Shown: positions 36,378 to 46,568 of the stretch, piece after piece | How positions within the stretch are numbered: the first letter of the stretch is position 1 | How the letters are laid out: each line of letters begins with the position of its first letter | Assembly: GCA_000092065.1 (NCBI GenBank) | Contig: CP000584.1 | From: Ostreococcus lucimarinus | Taxonomy: Eukaryota | Strand: one strand, 5' to 3' | DNA length: 64,000 nt | Translations under genes and position numbers: made by a program | Notes under the pieces: model-generated | The model's input: only the letters and a program-made list of their open reading frames with translations | Told to the model about the DNA's origin: nothing | The model's database searches: none

Positions 36378-38183
36378 ATGGCGCCAGGTGGCGACGAAGC
36401 GCCGACGTCGCGCGCGCGCGACGCGCGGCGCGCGCGAGGAGCGACGCGAGGGCGAGGAGGAGGCGCGCGGCGCGCGTTCGTCGCGATGGCGGTCGCGGTG
36501 GCGGTCGCGGCGGCGCGCGTGGGGGCGTCGTACGACGACGACGACGACGACGACGACAGACGAGGCGCGACGACGCTCGCCGTCGGGGGGGACGCCGAGT
36601 ACGGCGAGGTCCTGCTGCGACGCGATAAGTGGTATCGGTTCGACGTGAGCGGGACGTCGTCGGACGTCGTCGTGGAGTTGGAACGGGAGAGCGGGATACC
36701 GCTCGTGTACTTGAAGAAGGACTCGTCGTCGACGGGGGGGTGGCAAAGAATCGTGGGAGCGTACGCGGCGATCGGGAAGTCGAACGAGTGGTGGGATTTT
36801 CCGTTGAAAAGATACACGGTGGGGAATTACGGCGCGTATGGATACGTGGATGACTACAGAACGATTAAACTCGTCGGCGCGTCGGCGGGGAGGTATTATT
36901 TGCGAGTGAAAAACTTGCAGGAGACGTCGATGACGACGGGACGGGTGACGTATTCCGACGTCGCGAGGTACAAGCTCAGGGTGCGTTCGACGAGCGATGG
37001 CGTGACTCAGGCGCCGTTGTGCGCGTGGGACTGCTCGAGCCACGGGACGTGCGTGAATAGCGGCTCGGCGACCGGCGATAACACCAAATGTGAGTGCGAC
37101 GCGTCGCCGACGATAACGGGCGACGGCTTCACGTTCGCGAGCGGAAGCGCGTGCAGAGATCGTTACGGGACGTACGAGAACTTGAGATCCAAGTCCTCGT
37201 TGACGGTGTCTCCGGGACAGTTTTTGTACTTGTCGTACGACGCGTGGAATTTAGTCAGTCGATCGCAAGATTACGGCTTAGAAATAGACGTGTACTGGGA
37301 GCGCGGCGGCGATCCGTTGCTCCTGGTCAAGGCTGGTTCGCCACCGACGCTCATCGATTACGACGCGCAGTACGGTTCGTTGCGCCTGGGTTACAATTCT
37401 GTCTACCTACCGCGGCTCGCATCGAGTCAAATGTACTACTTTGCCGTCTTCAATCGCAAGTTTGACGCCAACAGTGACTGCGTTTTCAGAATATCGCTGA
37501 CGTCGGCTTCGCGGAACAGGGCGACGAACTCGCCGAACATGGTGTCCATGGCGCTCGTGTTATTCGTGAGCATGAGCTTTTGCTTCGTCGTCGCCCTCAT
37601 CAAGCGATACTTTCAGCGACGCTACTTGACCCAGTTTCGCGAGCAACGAGTGCAGCAGCTGTCGATGGAAGAATTGCGAACGCAACGCCGCAACGACCGC
37701 GACACCAACCCCGGGACACCCGAAGACATCATCTCGCAAATCGCACTGGTGGATTATCATCCCAACTTGAAGGACGGCATCCTCGCCGACGGACAAGAGC
37801 CGACGTGCACGATTTGCTTGGATGATTACGTCGAGGGAGACAAGCTGCGACGCTTCCCGCAGTGCAAACACATGTTCCATCAAGAGTGCGCGGACTTGTG
37901 GTTACACACGAGCCACACGTGCCCGAACTGCCGGGCGTCGCTCCTACCGGAAGAGAACGCGCCCGCGGCGGAGAGCGCGCCCGCGGCGGAGAGCGCGCCG
38001 ATGCCTCCCGGCGTTCCGGGTGGTGTATACGAGCTTGCACCTCTGCCTTACGCGCTTCGCGGGCAAGCGGCGCCAGTCGTAGTCGTTCACATGCCTCCGC
38101 CGCCGACGCCCGTCCGCGGCGCGGGTGGCATAGCGCCCGCAAATTCGCGTCCGTTCGACTCGAGTGAACTCCCGACCATTTAA
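36378..38183 (+). CDS. Transmembrane RING-H2 E3 ubiquitin ligase with a large lumenal/extracellular domain
   Basis: RING-H2 CTICLDDYVEGDKLRRFPQCKHMFHQECADLWLHTSHTCPNCR after a TM helix (MALVLFVSMSFCFVVALI). Signal-like MAVAVAVAAARVGA. The start is either ATG 36378 or ATG 36486. Confidence 0.7.
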   Translation: MAPGGDEAPTSRARDARRARGATRGRGGGARRAFVAMAVAVAVAAARVGASYDDDDDDDDRRGATTLAVGGDAEYGEVLLRRDKWYRFDVSGTSSDVVVELERESGIPLVYLKKDSSSTGGWQRIVGAYAAIGKSNEWWDFPLKRYTVGNYGAYGYVDDYRTIKLVGASAGRYYLRVKNLQETSMTTGRVTYSDVARYKLRVRSTSDGVTQAPLCAWDCSSHGTCVNSGSATGDNTKCECDASPTITGDGFTFASGSACRDRYGTYENLRSKSSLTVSPGQFLYLSYDAWNLVSRSQDYGLEIDVYWERGGDPLLLVKAGSPPTLIDYDAQYGSLRLGYNSVYLPRLASSQMYYFAVFNRKFDANSDCVFRISLTSASRNRATNSPNMVSMALVLFVSMSFCFVVALIKRYFQRRYLTQFREQRVQQLSMEELRTQRRNDRDTNPGTPEDIISQIALVDYHPNLKDGILADGQEPTCTICLDDYVEGDKLRRFPQCKHMFHQECADLWLHTSHTCPNCRASLLPEENAPAAESAPAAESAPMPPGVPGGVYELAPLPYALRGQAAPVVVVHMPPPPTPVRGAGGIAPANSRPFDSSELPTI

Positions 38184-38256
38184 GCCCGAGTCGAGCGAAC
38201 TTTTTACTGTGTCATCATTATTGCATATTGTTATCATTACACGTAGCGCATCTTCA

Positions 38257-39264
38257 CTATATTGTCGTATCTTCACTTTTGCGTCGCTGGCCAGTGAGCA
38301 TCGCACGCGCGCGCCGACCAAGCTCAACCAAGCTCAATCTGCGACTGACGGCGCCGGTGCCGCGAGCCGGCGAGCCGGCGAGAACCCATGGGTGTCTCGA
38401 CACCTCGCGTAACGTGATTCGCTTCTTCGGGTCGGGGTGTAGCATACGAAGAATCAGATCTTTGACCTCGTTCGATATCGATCGAGACATCGGCGCGATG
38501 TTTCCCTTCACGATGTTTTCGAGCGTCAACTTCACGGAGTTTGGGCGGTCTGGATTTTGAAATGGATATGTGCCAGTCAACATGATGTAACAAAAGACCC
38601 CGCACGACCAAACATCGCAAGCCTTCGCGTCGTACTTTGTTCGTCTCACGTTCCCGTCGCCGTCGTGCTTGTCCAGCATCTCGGGCGCCATGTAATCCGG
38701 CGTGCCGACCGCGCGCGTCGCGACGCTATCCAGGCCCTTGGCCAATCCGAAATCGATGAGTTTCAAATCTCCGTGCGGCTCGCACACGATCGCGTTCTCG
38801 GGTTTGACGTCTCGATGACACAATCCGTGATCGTGTATCATCCGGATCGCCTCCACGAGCTGCGAGAACAACCGTCTCGCCGTGACTTCGTCCAATCGTC
38901 CGCCCCGCGCGTTTATGAAATCCAAAACGTCGACCCCCCGCGCGAGTTCAAACACCAACACCAACAAATCTTCCCCATCGTTCACAACATTCATCAATCG
39001 CACGACTCGACTCGTCGACGCCATCAATTTCGTCGCGTACTTGATCTCCCTCTTCACCGCCGCCAGCGGCACCTTCACCCTCGCCCCGTCGCCGACGTCC
39101 AAGCACTTCAGCGCGACTTTTTCCCCCGTCTCCCGATCCACGCCCTCGTACACCAACGCCGTGCCACCGCGATTGATCAGCTTCGTCACCTCGTACCGCG
39201 CGTTTTTCCCCACCGTCGTCCCGCGCGCGAGTTCGTTCGCCGCCGCGCGCGTCGACCGCATCAT
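38257..39264 (-). CDS. Ser/Thr protein kinase (CAMK/AMPK-like), 335 aa
   Basis: Complete kinase subdomains (ALKCL…HRDVKPEN…DFGLA…GTPDYMAPE…DVWSCGV). Confidence 0.85.
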   Translation of the reverse strand: MMRSTRAAANELARGTTVGKNARYEVTKLINRGGTALVYEGVDRETGEKVALKCLDVGDGARVKVPLAAVKREIKYATKLMASTSRVVRLMNVVNDGEDLLVLVFELARGVDVLDFINARGGRLDEVTARRLFSQLVEAIRMIHDHGLCHRDVKPENAIVCEPHGDLKLIDFGLAKGLDSVATRAVGTPDYMAPEMLDKHDGDGNVRRTKYDAKACDVWSCGVFCYIMLTGTYPFQNPDRPNSVKLTLENIVKGNIAPMSRSISNEVKDLILRMLHPDPKKRITLREVSRHPWVLAGSPARGTGAVSRRLSLVELGRRARAMLTGQRRKSEDTTI

Positions 39265-39290
39265 CGCGACGTCGATTGGTCTTCTCGGCG

Positions 39291-40391
39291 ATGGCGCCGG
39301 GTCGCGATCCGCGTTCGTTCGACGACGGCGCGTTCGCGACGACGCGATGCGGTTCGCGACGGACGACGACGCGACGCTCGTTTCGGACGCGCGTCGCGAC
39401 GAAGGCGCTCGATCGACGCGTCGACGAAAGCGACGCGTCGACGAATCGAATCGTTCGCTCGAACGCGTCGACGTGTGGCGATCGAACCGACGCGCGTCGA
39501 CCGGCGATCGCGACGCGCGGCGACGCGATGCGGGACGCGGTGTACTACCCGGACGACGACGACGACGCGCGCGAGGACGCGCGCGAGGACGGCGCGACGA
39601 CGACGACGCGCGCGGGCGCGACGACGACGACGACGACGACGACGATCGCGACGGGCGATGCGAGCGAAGGCGATGGGAAAGCGCGCGCGACGATCGCGAC
39701 GGGCGCGCGCGAGGGAGGGGGGAGTTACACCACGCCGGGAGTGGTTCCGCCGGTGATGCCGACGCGGTTGGTGAGCGCGAGGACGTACGAGAGCGAACCG
39801 GCGAGAGGGACGCCGGTGAGCGCGATTGAGACGCGACCGCGACCGCAGACGATCGCGCGCGCGCAGGGCGGCGTGTTCGCGTTCGTGTCGCCGATGTTCG
39901 CGGACATGGATGATCCTCAAGTGCGCGCGGTGATGGAACGGGAGTTCGCGCGCGAGTTGGGGTTGCCCGAGGGCGAACTGCCGGTGGATTTGGAGCACTT
40001 CATGCTGGCGCGACAGTTGAGTCGCGTGGTGCGTTTGTTCGCGTTGATCGATATGGTGTTGTGCGTGTTGTACGCGCTGAGCGGGGTGAGCGTGATCGCG
40101 GTGTTACTCATAGGCCCGCTCGCTGGGTTCGTGGGGGCGCGCATGTACAGTCCAGGGCTCACCGCTTGTTACGTGGCGTTTTGCGTGGCGTCCATCGTTT
40201 GGCGAATTTTGAATTTCGTCTTTATGAAAAATGTCACCGCGCGCGTGCTGTCGGTGATCACCATCATCTTAGCGACGTACATCACGCGATTGGTGATTCG
40301 GTTTTATCACGTCGTGCGCGTGATACCGCTCGAGGGACAAATTTTGCTTCGGCAACTCGACTTCGCGAACTCGGCGGCGCCCGTGGTCTAA
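39291..40391 (+). CDS. Polytopic membrane protein with a poly-Thr/Asp N-terminus, function unknown
   Basis: C-terminal 150 aa is strongly hydrophobic (3-4 helices). ATG at 39291 lies only 26 bp from the kinase ATG at 39264. The track start is a TTG. Confidence 0.45.
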   Translation: MAPGRDPRSFDDGAFATTRCGSRRTTTRRSFRTRVATKALDRRVDESDASTNRIVRSNASTCGDRTDARRPAIATRGDAMRDAVYYPDDDDDAREDAREDGATTTTRAGATTTTTTTTIATGDASEGDGKARATIATGAREGGGSYTTPGVVPPVMPTRLVSARTYESEPARGTPVSAIETRPRPQTIARAQGGVFAFVSPMFADMDDPQVRAVMEREFARELGLPEGELPVDLEHFMLARQLSRVVRLFALIDMVLCVLYALSGVSVIAVLLIGPLAGFVGARMYSPGLTACYVAFCVASIVWRILNFVFMKNVTARVLSVITIILATYITRLVIRFYHVVRVIPLEGQILLRQLDFANSAAPVV

Positions 40392-40453
40392 ATGTAATTT
40401 TCAACGTACAATAGTCGATAGTTACAGCTGCTGCTACCTAAACGCCGACCGAC

Positions 40454-41446
40454 CTAACCGCGCGGTTTTTGGTGTCGTCGCCGTCCGAGCGATTTCCAGA
40501 ACGCCTTGACCTCTTTCCGCGCGTTCGGACGTCCTCGGCCTCCGCAAAACGACTCGGCGTCTTTGCCTGGCGGAACAAAGCACGCGCACGAGCCGTGTTT
40601 TTTCACCTTCTTCACGCGCTTCAACACGAACCAGCGACGGACGCGTCGTTTCGACGACGAGCCTTCGCTCGTTATGAGCTTTCGATATCCCTCTCTGTCC
40701 TCGACCCAACCGTGCGCGCAAAACGTATCCATCCACCACCGCCTCGTTTGATACGTTTCGTCTTCGTCTCCCACCGGGCTCCCACCGTCGAGCGTCTTCG
40801 CCAGCGCGAACACCATCATCGCCCCTTTCTTCGCCACGCGCGTGGCTTCGTTTATCACCGGATCGACGTTTTCTTTCGTCGCCTTCATCTCCATCTTCCC
40901 GAACGTCTCGAACGCGACGACGTAATCGAAAAACGCTCGTCGATACGGCAAGCGCCGCAACGACGCCGCCGTCGCCACGCCTTTCGCCGCCAAATCTCCC
41001 CCCCGATCGCGCGTGCGCGCGATTCTCGGATCGACGCCCACTATCTTAAACCCTCGTTCTCGCATCTCTCGCAAAAACGTGCCCGTGCCGCACGCCAGCT
41101 CCAATCCGCGCGCGTCTCGCCGCCGTCCCGCCGCCGCGCGCACGAACGCCCCCATCCCTTCGCACGCCCCGCACGTCGCCCGCATCTCCGCCTCGCCGAT
41201 CGTCACCGCGCGCGTCTCGTCATCATCATCCTCCGCTCGCCCTCGCGCGAACCACGACGCGAGCGCGGACGGCGGCGCCGGCGGCGCGCGCACGCGCGCG
41301 CCGTCCGGTCGAACGAACGTCGTCGCGTTCGCATCTTTCGACGCCGCGCGGTGCGCCCACGTCAGCGTCGCGCACGCGACGGCGACGAGGACGAAGAGCG
41401 TCGGTCGGCATCGCCTCGGGCGCGCGACGACGCGCGAGAGCGCCAT
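40454..41446 (-). CDS. Signal-anchored (type II) SAM-dependent methyltransferase
   Basis: N-terminal TM helix TLFVLVAVACATLTW. Motif-I LELACGTGTFL. ATG is the reverse complement of 41444-41446; the ORF part further upstream is Arg-rich artefact. Confidence 0.6.
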   Translation of the reverse strand: MALSRVVARPRRCRPTLFVLVAVACATLTWAHRAASKDANATTFVRPDGARVRAPPAPPSALASWFARGRAEDDDDETRAVTIGEAEMRATCGACEGMGAFVRAAAGRRRDARGLELACGTGTFLREMRERGFKIVGVDPRIARTRDRGGDLAAKGVATAASLRRLPYRRAFFDYVVAFETFGKMEMKATKENVDPVINEATRVAKKGAMMVFALAKTLDGGSPVGDEDETYQTRRWWMDTFCAHGWVEDREGYRKLITSEGSSSKRRVRRWFVLKRVKKVKKHGSCACFVPPGKDAESFCGGRGRPNARKEVKAFWKSLGRRRHQKPRG

Positions 41447-41521
41447 CGCGGCGCGGCGCGGCGCGGCGCGAAGTGCCGTTCGGGCGCGGCGCCATTCGTC
41501 CGCGCGCGACGACGCGCCGTC

Positions 41522-42304
41522 ATGGCGGTCGCGGCGCGACCGTCGCGATGGGACTTTCGCGCGCGAGTCTTCTTCGCGCTGTGCGCCGTGACGTGCGCGA
41601 GCGGGTGCGCGTGCGCGTGCGCGGCGCTCGCGCCGGGCGTCGTCAGACGACGCGCGGACGCGCTCTTCAGACTGTCGATTTACGCGTCGACGAGCGCGTT
41701 CGCGTACAGGATCGCGTACGGCGCGGCGACGAGCGTGAAGGCGAGAGATTTTAAGGCGCTCGGCGCGCATCTGTCGCGAAGCGCGCGCTCGAACGGGGGG
41801 CAATACATGATTTACGGGTCGATGGCGTTGGCGAGCGCGCGACGCGGCGGCGCCAACGCGCCGCAGTTGGCGCCTTTGATCGTGCTGAGCGCGTATCAGG
41901 TGCTGGCGATCGGGCATAAAGTGTGGGAGGACGCGGATAGTAAAACGATGTGGTGCAAGCTCGGGTTCGGACGCGTGTTCGACGCGGCGCAGCGAAATAT
42001 GGAGCTGGCGCTCGCGATTTGCGCGACGATGGAGGTGTCGCTGATGACGACGATTCTTCTGGATTTAGCGAGTCCTCAGCGACGTAGTTTTAGCCGAGTG
42101 ATCGCGTACGCGTTTTGGCTTCGATCGAGGTATCACTGTCACGATAACACGGTGTTTCGCATCAAGTTTACCGCGCACGATACGGCGCACTACCACAGAG
42201 AGGTTTGGAAAATGTTGGACGAGAAGGTGGCGTCCAAGGTGCCGGCGCTTCGAAAAGCCCTGTCGCCGTTCGCGACGTGGTTCGCCACGCCGTCGGCGTC
42301 GTAA
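41522..42304 (+). CDS. TMEM33/UPF0121-like ER membrane protein
   Basis: Three or four TM helices and a YAFWLRSRYH motif resembling the TMEM33 YYRFLTLRY signature. Low-identity call. Confidence 0.45.
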   Translation: MAVAARPSRWDFRARVFFALCAVTCASGCACACAALAPGVVRRRADALFRLSIYASTSAFAYRIAYGAATSVKARDFKALGAHLSRSARSNGGQYMIYGSMALASARRGGANAPQLAPLIVLSAYQVLAIGHKVWEDADSKTMWCKLGFGRVFDAAQRNMELALAICATMEVSLMTTILLDLASPQRRSFSRVIAYAFWLRSRYHCHDNTVFRIKFTAHDTAHYHREVWKMLDEKVASKVPALRKALSPFATWFATPSAS

Positions 42305-42358
42305 TGTTGTAACGAGCGTGTTGAATATTAATCATCATCTAAAAGTTCGTCCGATCTA

Positions 42359-43703
42359 TCAATATTTTGGTGGCACTTTGCACGCGTCGATTTCTCTCGC
42401 CGCGGCGTCAAAGCCCGGGAACATCATAAAGTTTGGCGAAATCCCTGTCTGATCGATGTCGACGAGACCTGGGGTGACGTACTTACCCACGGTGAGTACC
42501 ATCCCACTCAAATCACTGAGTTCGTACACGCTCTGAATCAAACCCTTGCCGTACGTCTTACTCCCGACCACAGTCGCTCGACAGTTGTCCTTCAAAGCGC
42601 CGGTTAAAATTTCGCTCGCAGAAGCGCTTCTGCCGTTGACAAGAACAACCAGCGGAACGTCAGCGGCGACGACAGGGTCATTTTTCGACGTCGTGATCGC
42701 CTTCAGCTTAGTCGGTAGTTGAGAATCAGATCCGTTTCTCGCGGTTTTTGTCGCCGAGACGTCGGTATCGCGTTTGACGCCTCCGGCGACGACTCGACCT
42801 TCGGTGTACGCGATGGTCGAATCCGCAGGTAAAAATAATCGAGCAATCTCCACACCAGCTTGCACTAATCCCCCAGGATTGTCGCGTAAGTCTAGAATAT
42901 ACGCGTCTGCTCCTTGCGTCCTTAAATCCGTGATCGCTCTCGCGATATCGCGCTCGGCGAGCGAGTTGAACTCGCGAAGCCGAATGTAACCGACGTGTCC
43001 GCCCTCCAGACGCATGCTCACTGGACTTTTCGGCGCTTCGAATTGACTGTCTCGCGTCAGAGAAACGACGCGCGGGACGTCTTCGCCTGTGCGCGAGATT
43101 GTTAGATCCACGCTCTTCCCGTCAGCCTCTTGAATGAGCGAAGACACCTGAAACGCGCTCAAGCCGCGCACGAGTTCGCCGTTGACGGCGACGATTTCAT
43201 CATCCTGCGCCACTCCAGCCTTCATCGCGCTCGAGTCGAGCACCATTCCCAGCACGCGCACGCGTTCAGGGTCGTCCGCATCTTCCGCGATGTTCAAACC
43301 GACGCCGGTGATGTCGTATTTCAACATCGAAGTGAACCGATCCGGCTCGATGAAGCGCGTAAACTTATCCCCGAGCGTCCCCAGCATCGACTTAATCATC
43401 TCGTACGCCTCCTCGCGACTTTGAGGCGGATTCGCCTCGTGTTCGGCCTTGATCGCCTCCCACGCCGCGCGATCGAATCCGTCCGACTCAGATTTTCTCG
43501 CCGGTAAAAAGTTGTCGAAAACCAACCCCCACGCTTCGTCCAAGATGGTCGCGTCCGTCGCGCCCTCCGATTCCGCCTCCGCCTCCGCCGCTTCGGCCGC
43601 GATCTCGCTCACCAGTTCCACCGCCGACGACACAGATTTCGTCCGCGCGTCCCCTCGACCGCGCGCGACGTCATCCGCGAACGCCGCGGGCGTCCCGAAC
43701 GTC

Positions 43704-43753
<50 letters not shown>

Positions 43754-44107
43754 GCGCGCGCGCGCCGTCGGCCCCATCACCGCTCGCGCGATCGCCTCCG
43801 CCCACGATGACGTCGTCGTCATCGACGCCGACGCGTCGCCGCGCGCGCGCGCGCCGTCGCCGCTCCTCGCGCGCGCGGCGCCGCTCGTTCGCCGTGACCC
43901 ATCGCCCGCGCGTCCCGACGACGACGTCGCGCACCGCGCGCGCGCGTGCGCACCGCGCGTCGTCGCGCGCGACGCGCCCGCGTTCGCGCCACCGCGCGGC
44001 CACGCCTCGGGGCGCGCGCTCGACGCGCGCGCGACGTGGAACCGCATCGCGCGCGTCGCGCGGTGACGCGATTTCGCGACGCGACGCCGCGCTCGTCGTC
44101 GCGCCAT
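42359..44107 (-). CDS. ctpA: C-terminal processing peptidase (S41, CtpA; photosystem II D1 carboxy-terminal protease)
   Basis: PDZ plus S41 catalytic region (…NPGGLVQAGVEIARLF…GRSASASEILTGALKDNCRATVVGSKTYGKG…). The track start at 44218 is a GTG; the first ATG is the reverse complement of 44105-44107. The (GCC)n repeat at 43704-43760 encodes poly-Ala. Confidence 0.8.
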
Positions 44108-44657
44108 GCTCGCCGCGCGCGATGCGCTCTCGCCGCGCGCGTGCGCGCGCGCGTTCGCCCTGCTCGTCCTGCTCGGCGCCCCGCTGTTTGCGACGCGCGG
44201 GGACGCGACGGCGTTCACCGTCGTCGACGGCGTCGCGAGTTGGCTGAGCGCGCAGAACGGCGGAAGAAAACTCGCGGGATGGCGCGCGGTGGTCGTCGAG
44301 GCGTGCTATTACCCCGACAGCGCGATCGCGCGCCTTAGCGGTCGATCGGTCGAGGCGACGGCGACGCGGATCACGCGAAAGGCGGCGCAGATGCGCGAGG
44401 CGCTCGGCGAGGCGGGGGCGCGCGAGTGCGCGCTGGGGTGCGCGCTCGCGCTGCTGGGGAGCGTCAAGTATTGCGTGAACGGCGATATCGGACCGTACGG
44501 CGTGCTGGCGGCGCTCGAACTCGGGTATTCCGTGTTCGCGAAGGGACTTCCCGCGATGCGGGCGAACGTGGTGGGGACGACGTGCGTCGTCGTCTTCGGC
44601 GCGTTGTCGTCGCCGAGCGCGCGCCGACGCGCGCGGGCGAGGGCGAAGCGAGATTAA
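44106..44657 (+). CDS. Candidate small secreted/membrane orphan protein (183 aa)
   Basis: ATG at 44106 shares the GCCATGC palindrome with the CtpA ATG. Signal-like N-terminus, non-repetitive interior and a hydrophobic C-terminus. No homology recognised. Confidence 0.3.
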   Translation: MLAARDALSPRACARAFALLVLLGAPLFATRGDATAFTVVDGVASWLSAQNGGRKLAGWRAVVVEACYYPDSAIARLSGRSVEATATRITRKAAQMREALGEAGARECALGCALALLGSVKYCVNGDIGPYGVLAALELGYSVFAKGLPAMRANVVGTTCVVVFGALSSPSARRRARARAKRD

Positions 44658-44827
44658 CGACGCGCTGCGATCGATTTCGCGCGTTCGGGCGTTCGGTTTT
44701 TGATCTTTCTTGTGAATTCGTGACGTGAAAGCGTCGACCTGTCGGTATAATAATGTACAATTCGTTCTCGCTGAATCGCGTCCGTCATTCGTTCTCATCG
44801 CGCGGCGTCGCGTCGGCGCGCGACGCT

Positions 44828-46438
44828 CTACTTCGGCGCGCGATGCTCTCGCCAGAGGAAGAAACCGCAGTCACAATCGGGATTGGTGCGCGCGCCGGCC
44901 GGGCGCGGGCAGCAAAAGAACACGCGTCCACAGTGTGGGCTCTCCTTCTTCTTCACCGTGCGTACTTTGCACGTTTCGCCGTGCTTGCACTTGGGAGGCG
45001 CCATTTTGGCGAACGTGTTCATCCACGCGCCTCGCGCTTCTTCGGAGCTCACTTTCGTCTCGCGCGATTCGAATGCGTTCGCCGTGGGTGCTATAGGTTG
45101 TTCTACTGTGTCTAGTTGGCGTTCGTTTCGGTCATCCGGCTCTTTCTTTTTGGACTTGACGACGAAGAAATCTTTCAACGTCGCTTCGGGCTTGCGCTTG
45201 GGCGCGTCTGAGACGCCCGCGCGGGATTGGGCGCGGGCGCTTGGGCGCGTCGGCTTCGCTCGCGACTGAGACGCCGCGTTAAGAAATTCCGGCGTCGCGT
45301 TGCTCGTCGACGATGCGCGTGCGAATATTGAATCTACCGTGGTTTGTCGACCTGGGTAAAGCATCGAAATCGCCAAAGACGGAGGCGTTTGTTGCGAATC
45401 TCTCCGCCTCCACATCGATTCCTCGAGCTCAAGATAGACTGGCGCGTGATCGCTCCCTTCAAATTTTTGTGCCACACCGACGCCTCGGACGCGCTTCAAC
45501 GTCACCGCTCGATCGCACAAGAAATAATCGATTCGTGATCCATAATTGGACAACTGCGCTCCACTCGCAACGTTCCAACACGTGAACGCATCGCCGAGCG
45601 TCGGAAAAAATTCGCGAAACACGTCCACCATCGCGTCCCCGGCAAGTTGTGCCGCGAGCCAATCGCGCGATGGATTTCGAGGTTCCACCGCGTTCGGGTC
45701 TTCATCCGCGCGATCGAGTTTCCACGACGGTGCGATGTTCCAATCACCGCATAAAATCACATTTCGACCGCGTTCGCGCAGACTCTTGTATCTCGCCTCG
45801 AGCGCGCTCAAAAAATCGCGCTTGAACGCCGCGCGCTCGGCTGTTTTCTCATCGACCGCTGGATCGCCGAAAACGGCCGGCACGTACACCGTGCACAGAA
45901 CGAACTCACCGAAATCGACCCACAACGCCCTGCCCTCGCCGTCGATCTCTTTCGCGCGCGTCGCGTCGTCCGCGAACGGCGCGATTTCTCCCGCCCACAT
46001 GGTCGACTCGCCCGCGTCGCCTTTCGCGCACACTCCCCGCTCGATCGACGTCGGGCAAATCTCGTTCGAGCGCCAGTACACCGCCACGCCGCTGTATCCC
46101 ACGCGGTGATTGGAGGATTCGCACACCGCGTGGGCGCCGTCCCAACCTTCGACGCGTTCCAGCCGCTCGACGTCGCCGCTCGAGCTCAGCTTTGTTTCCT
46201 GCAAACAAATCACCTTCAAATCGCTTCCGAGCGCGTCGAACAGCGCCTTCATGGACCCGTAGCCGTGTATCCGACGCACGCCGTGCGCGTCCGCGCGTCC
46301 GTTCGTTTTTTGCGCCGCGCGCGCGTCCGTGAGCGCGCGCAACCCGCGCAGACCGACGTTCCACGAGACAATCGTCGAGCGTCGCGACGCCGCGTTCGAG
46401 CGTCGAGGGTACGCGCGCGCGTCGTCGGGCGTCGACAT
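44828..46438 (-). CDS. APE2: AP endonuclease 2 (ExoIII-family APE2/Apn2) with a C-terminal GRF zinc finger
   Basis: EEP nuclease motifs (ICLQETK…, NIAPSW, GSDHAPV) and the GRF finger C…CKVRTVKKKESPHCGRVFFCC…CGFFLW. Confidence 0.8.
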   Translation of the reverse strand: MSTPDDARAYPRRSNAASRRSTIVSWNVGLRGLRALTDARAAQKTNGRADAHGVRRIHGYGSMKALFDALGSDLKVICLQETKLSSSGDVERLERVEGWDGAHAVCESSNHRVGYSGVAVYWRSNEICPTSIERGVCAKGDAGESTMWAGEIAPFADDATRAKEIDGEGRALWVDFGEFVLCTVYVPAVFGDPAVDEKTAERAAFKRDFLSALEARYKSLRERGRNVILCGDWNIAPSWKLDRADEDPNAVEPRNPSRDWLAAQLAGDAMVDVFREFFPTLGDAFTCWNVASGAQLSNYGSRIDYFLCDRAVTLKRVRGVGVAQKFEGSDHAPVYLELEESMWRRRDSQQTPPSLAISMLYPGRQTTVDSIFARASSTSNATPEFLNAASQSRAKPTRPSARAQSRAGVSDAPKRKPEATLKDFFVVKSKKKEPDDRNERQLDTVEQPIAPTANAFESRETKVSSEEARGAWMNTFAKMAPPKCKHGETCKVRTVKKKESPHCGRVFFCCPRPAGARTNPDCDCGFFLWREHRAPK

Positions 46439-46568
46439 CGCGCGCTTAAACGCGTCGCGCGCGCCGCGGTGACGCGAGGTGTCGCATGCCGACGAGCGTT
46501 CGAATGCCGATGACGAGTGCCTCGTTTCCTCTACTCACAACGCGCGTTCGAGTCGCGGGACTACGGCG

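Noticed and set aside
41447-41917. Upstream ATG (41917) for the type-II methyltransferase, and 30219 for Dr1
   Set aside because: Both extensions are Arg-rich and non-conserved, and they would overlap the divergent neighbour's coding sequence. Conserved domains begin at the downstream ATGs (41446 and 30123).
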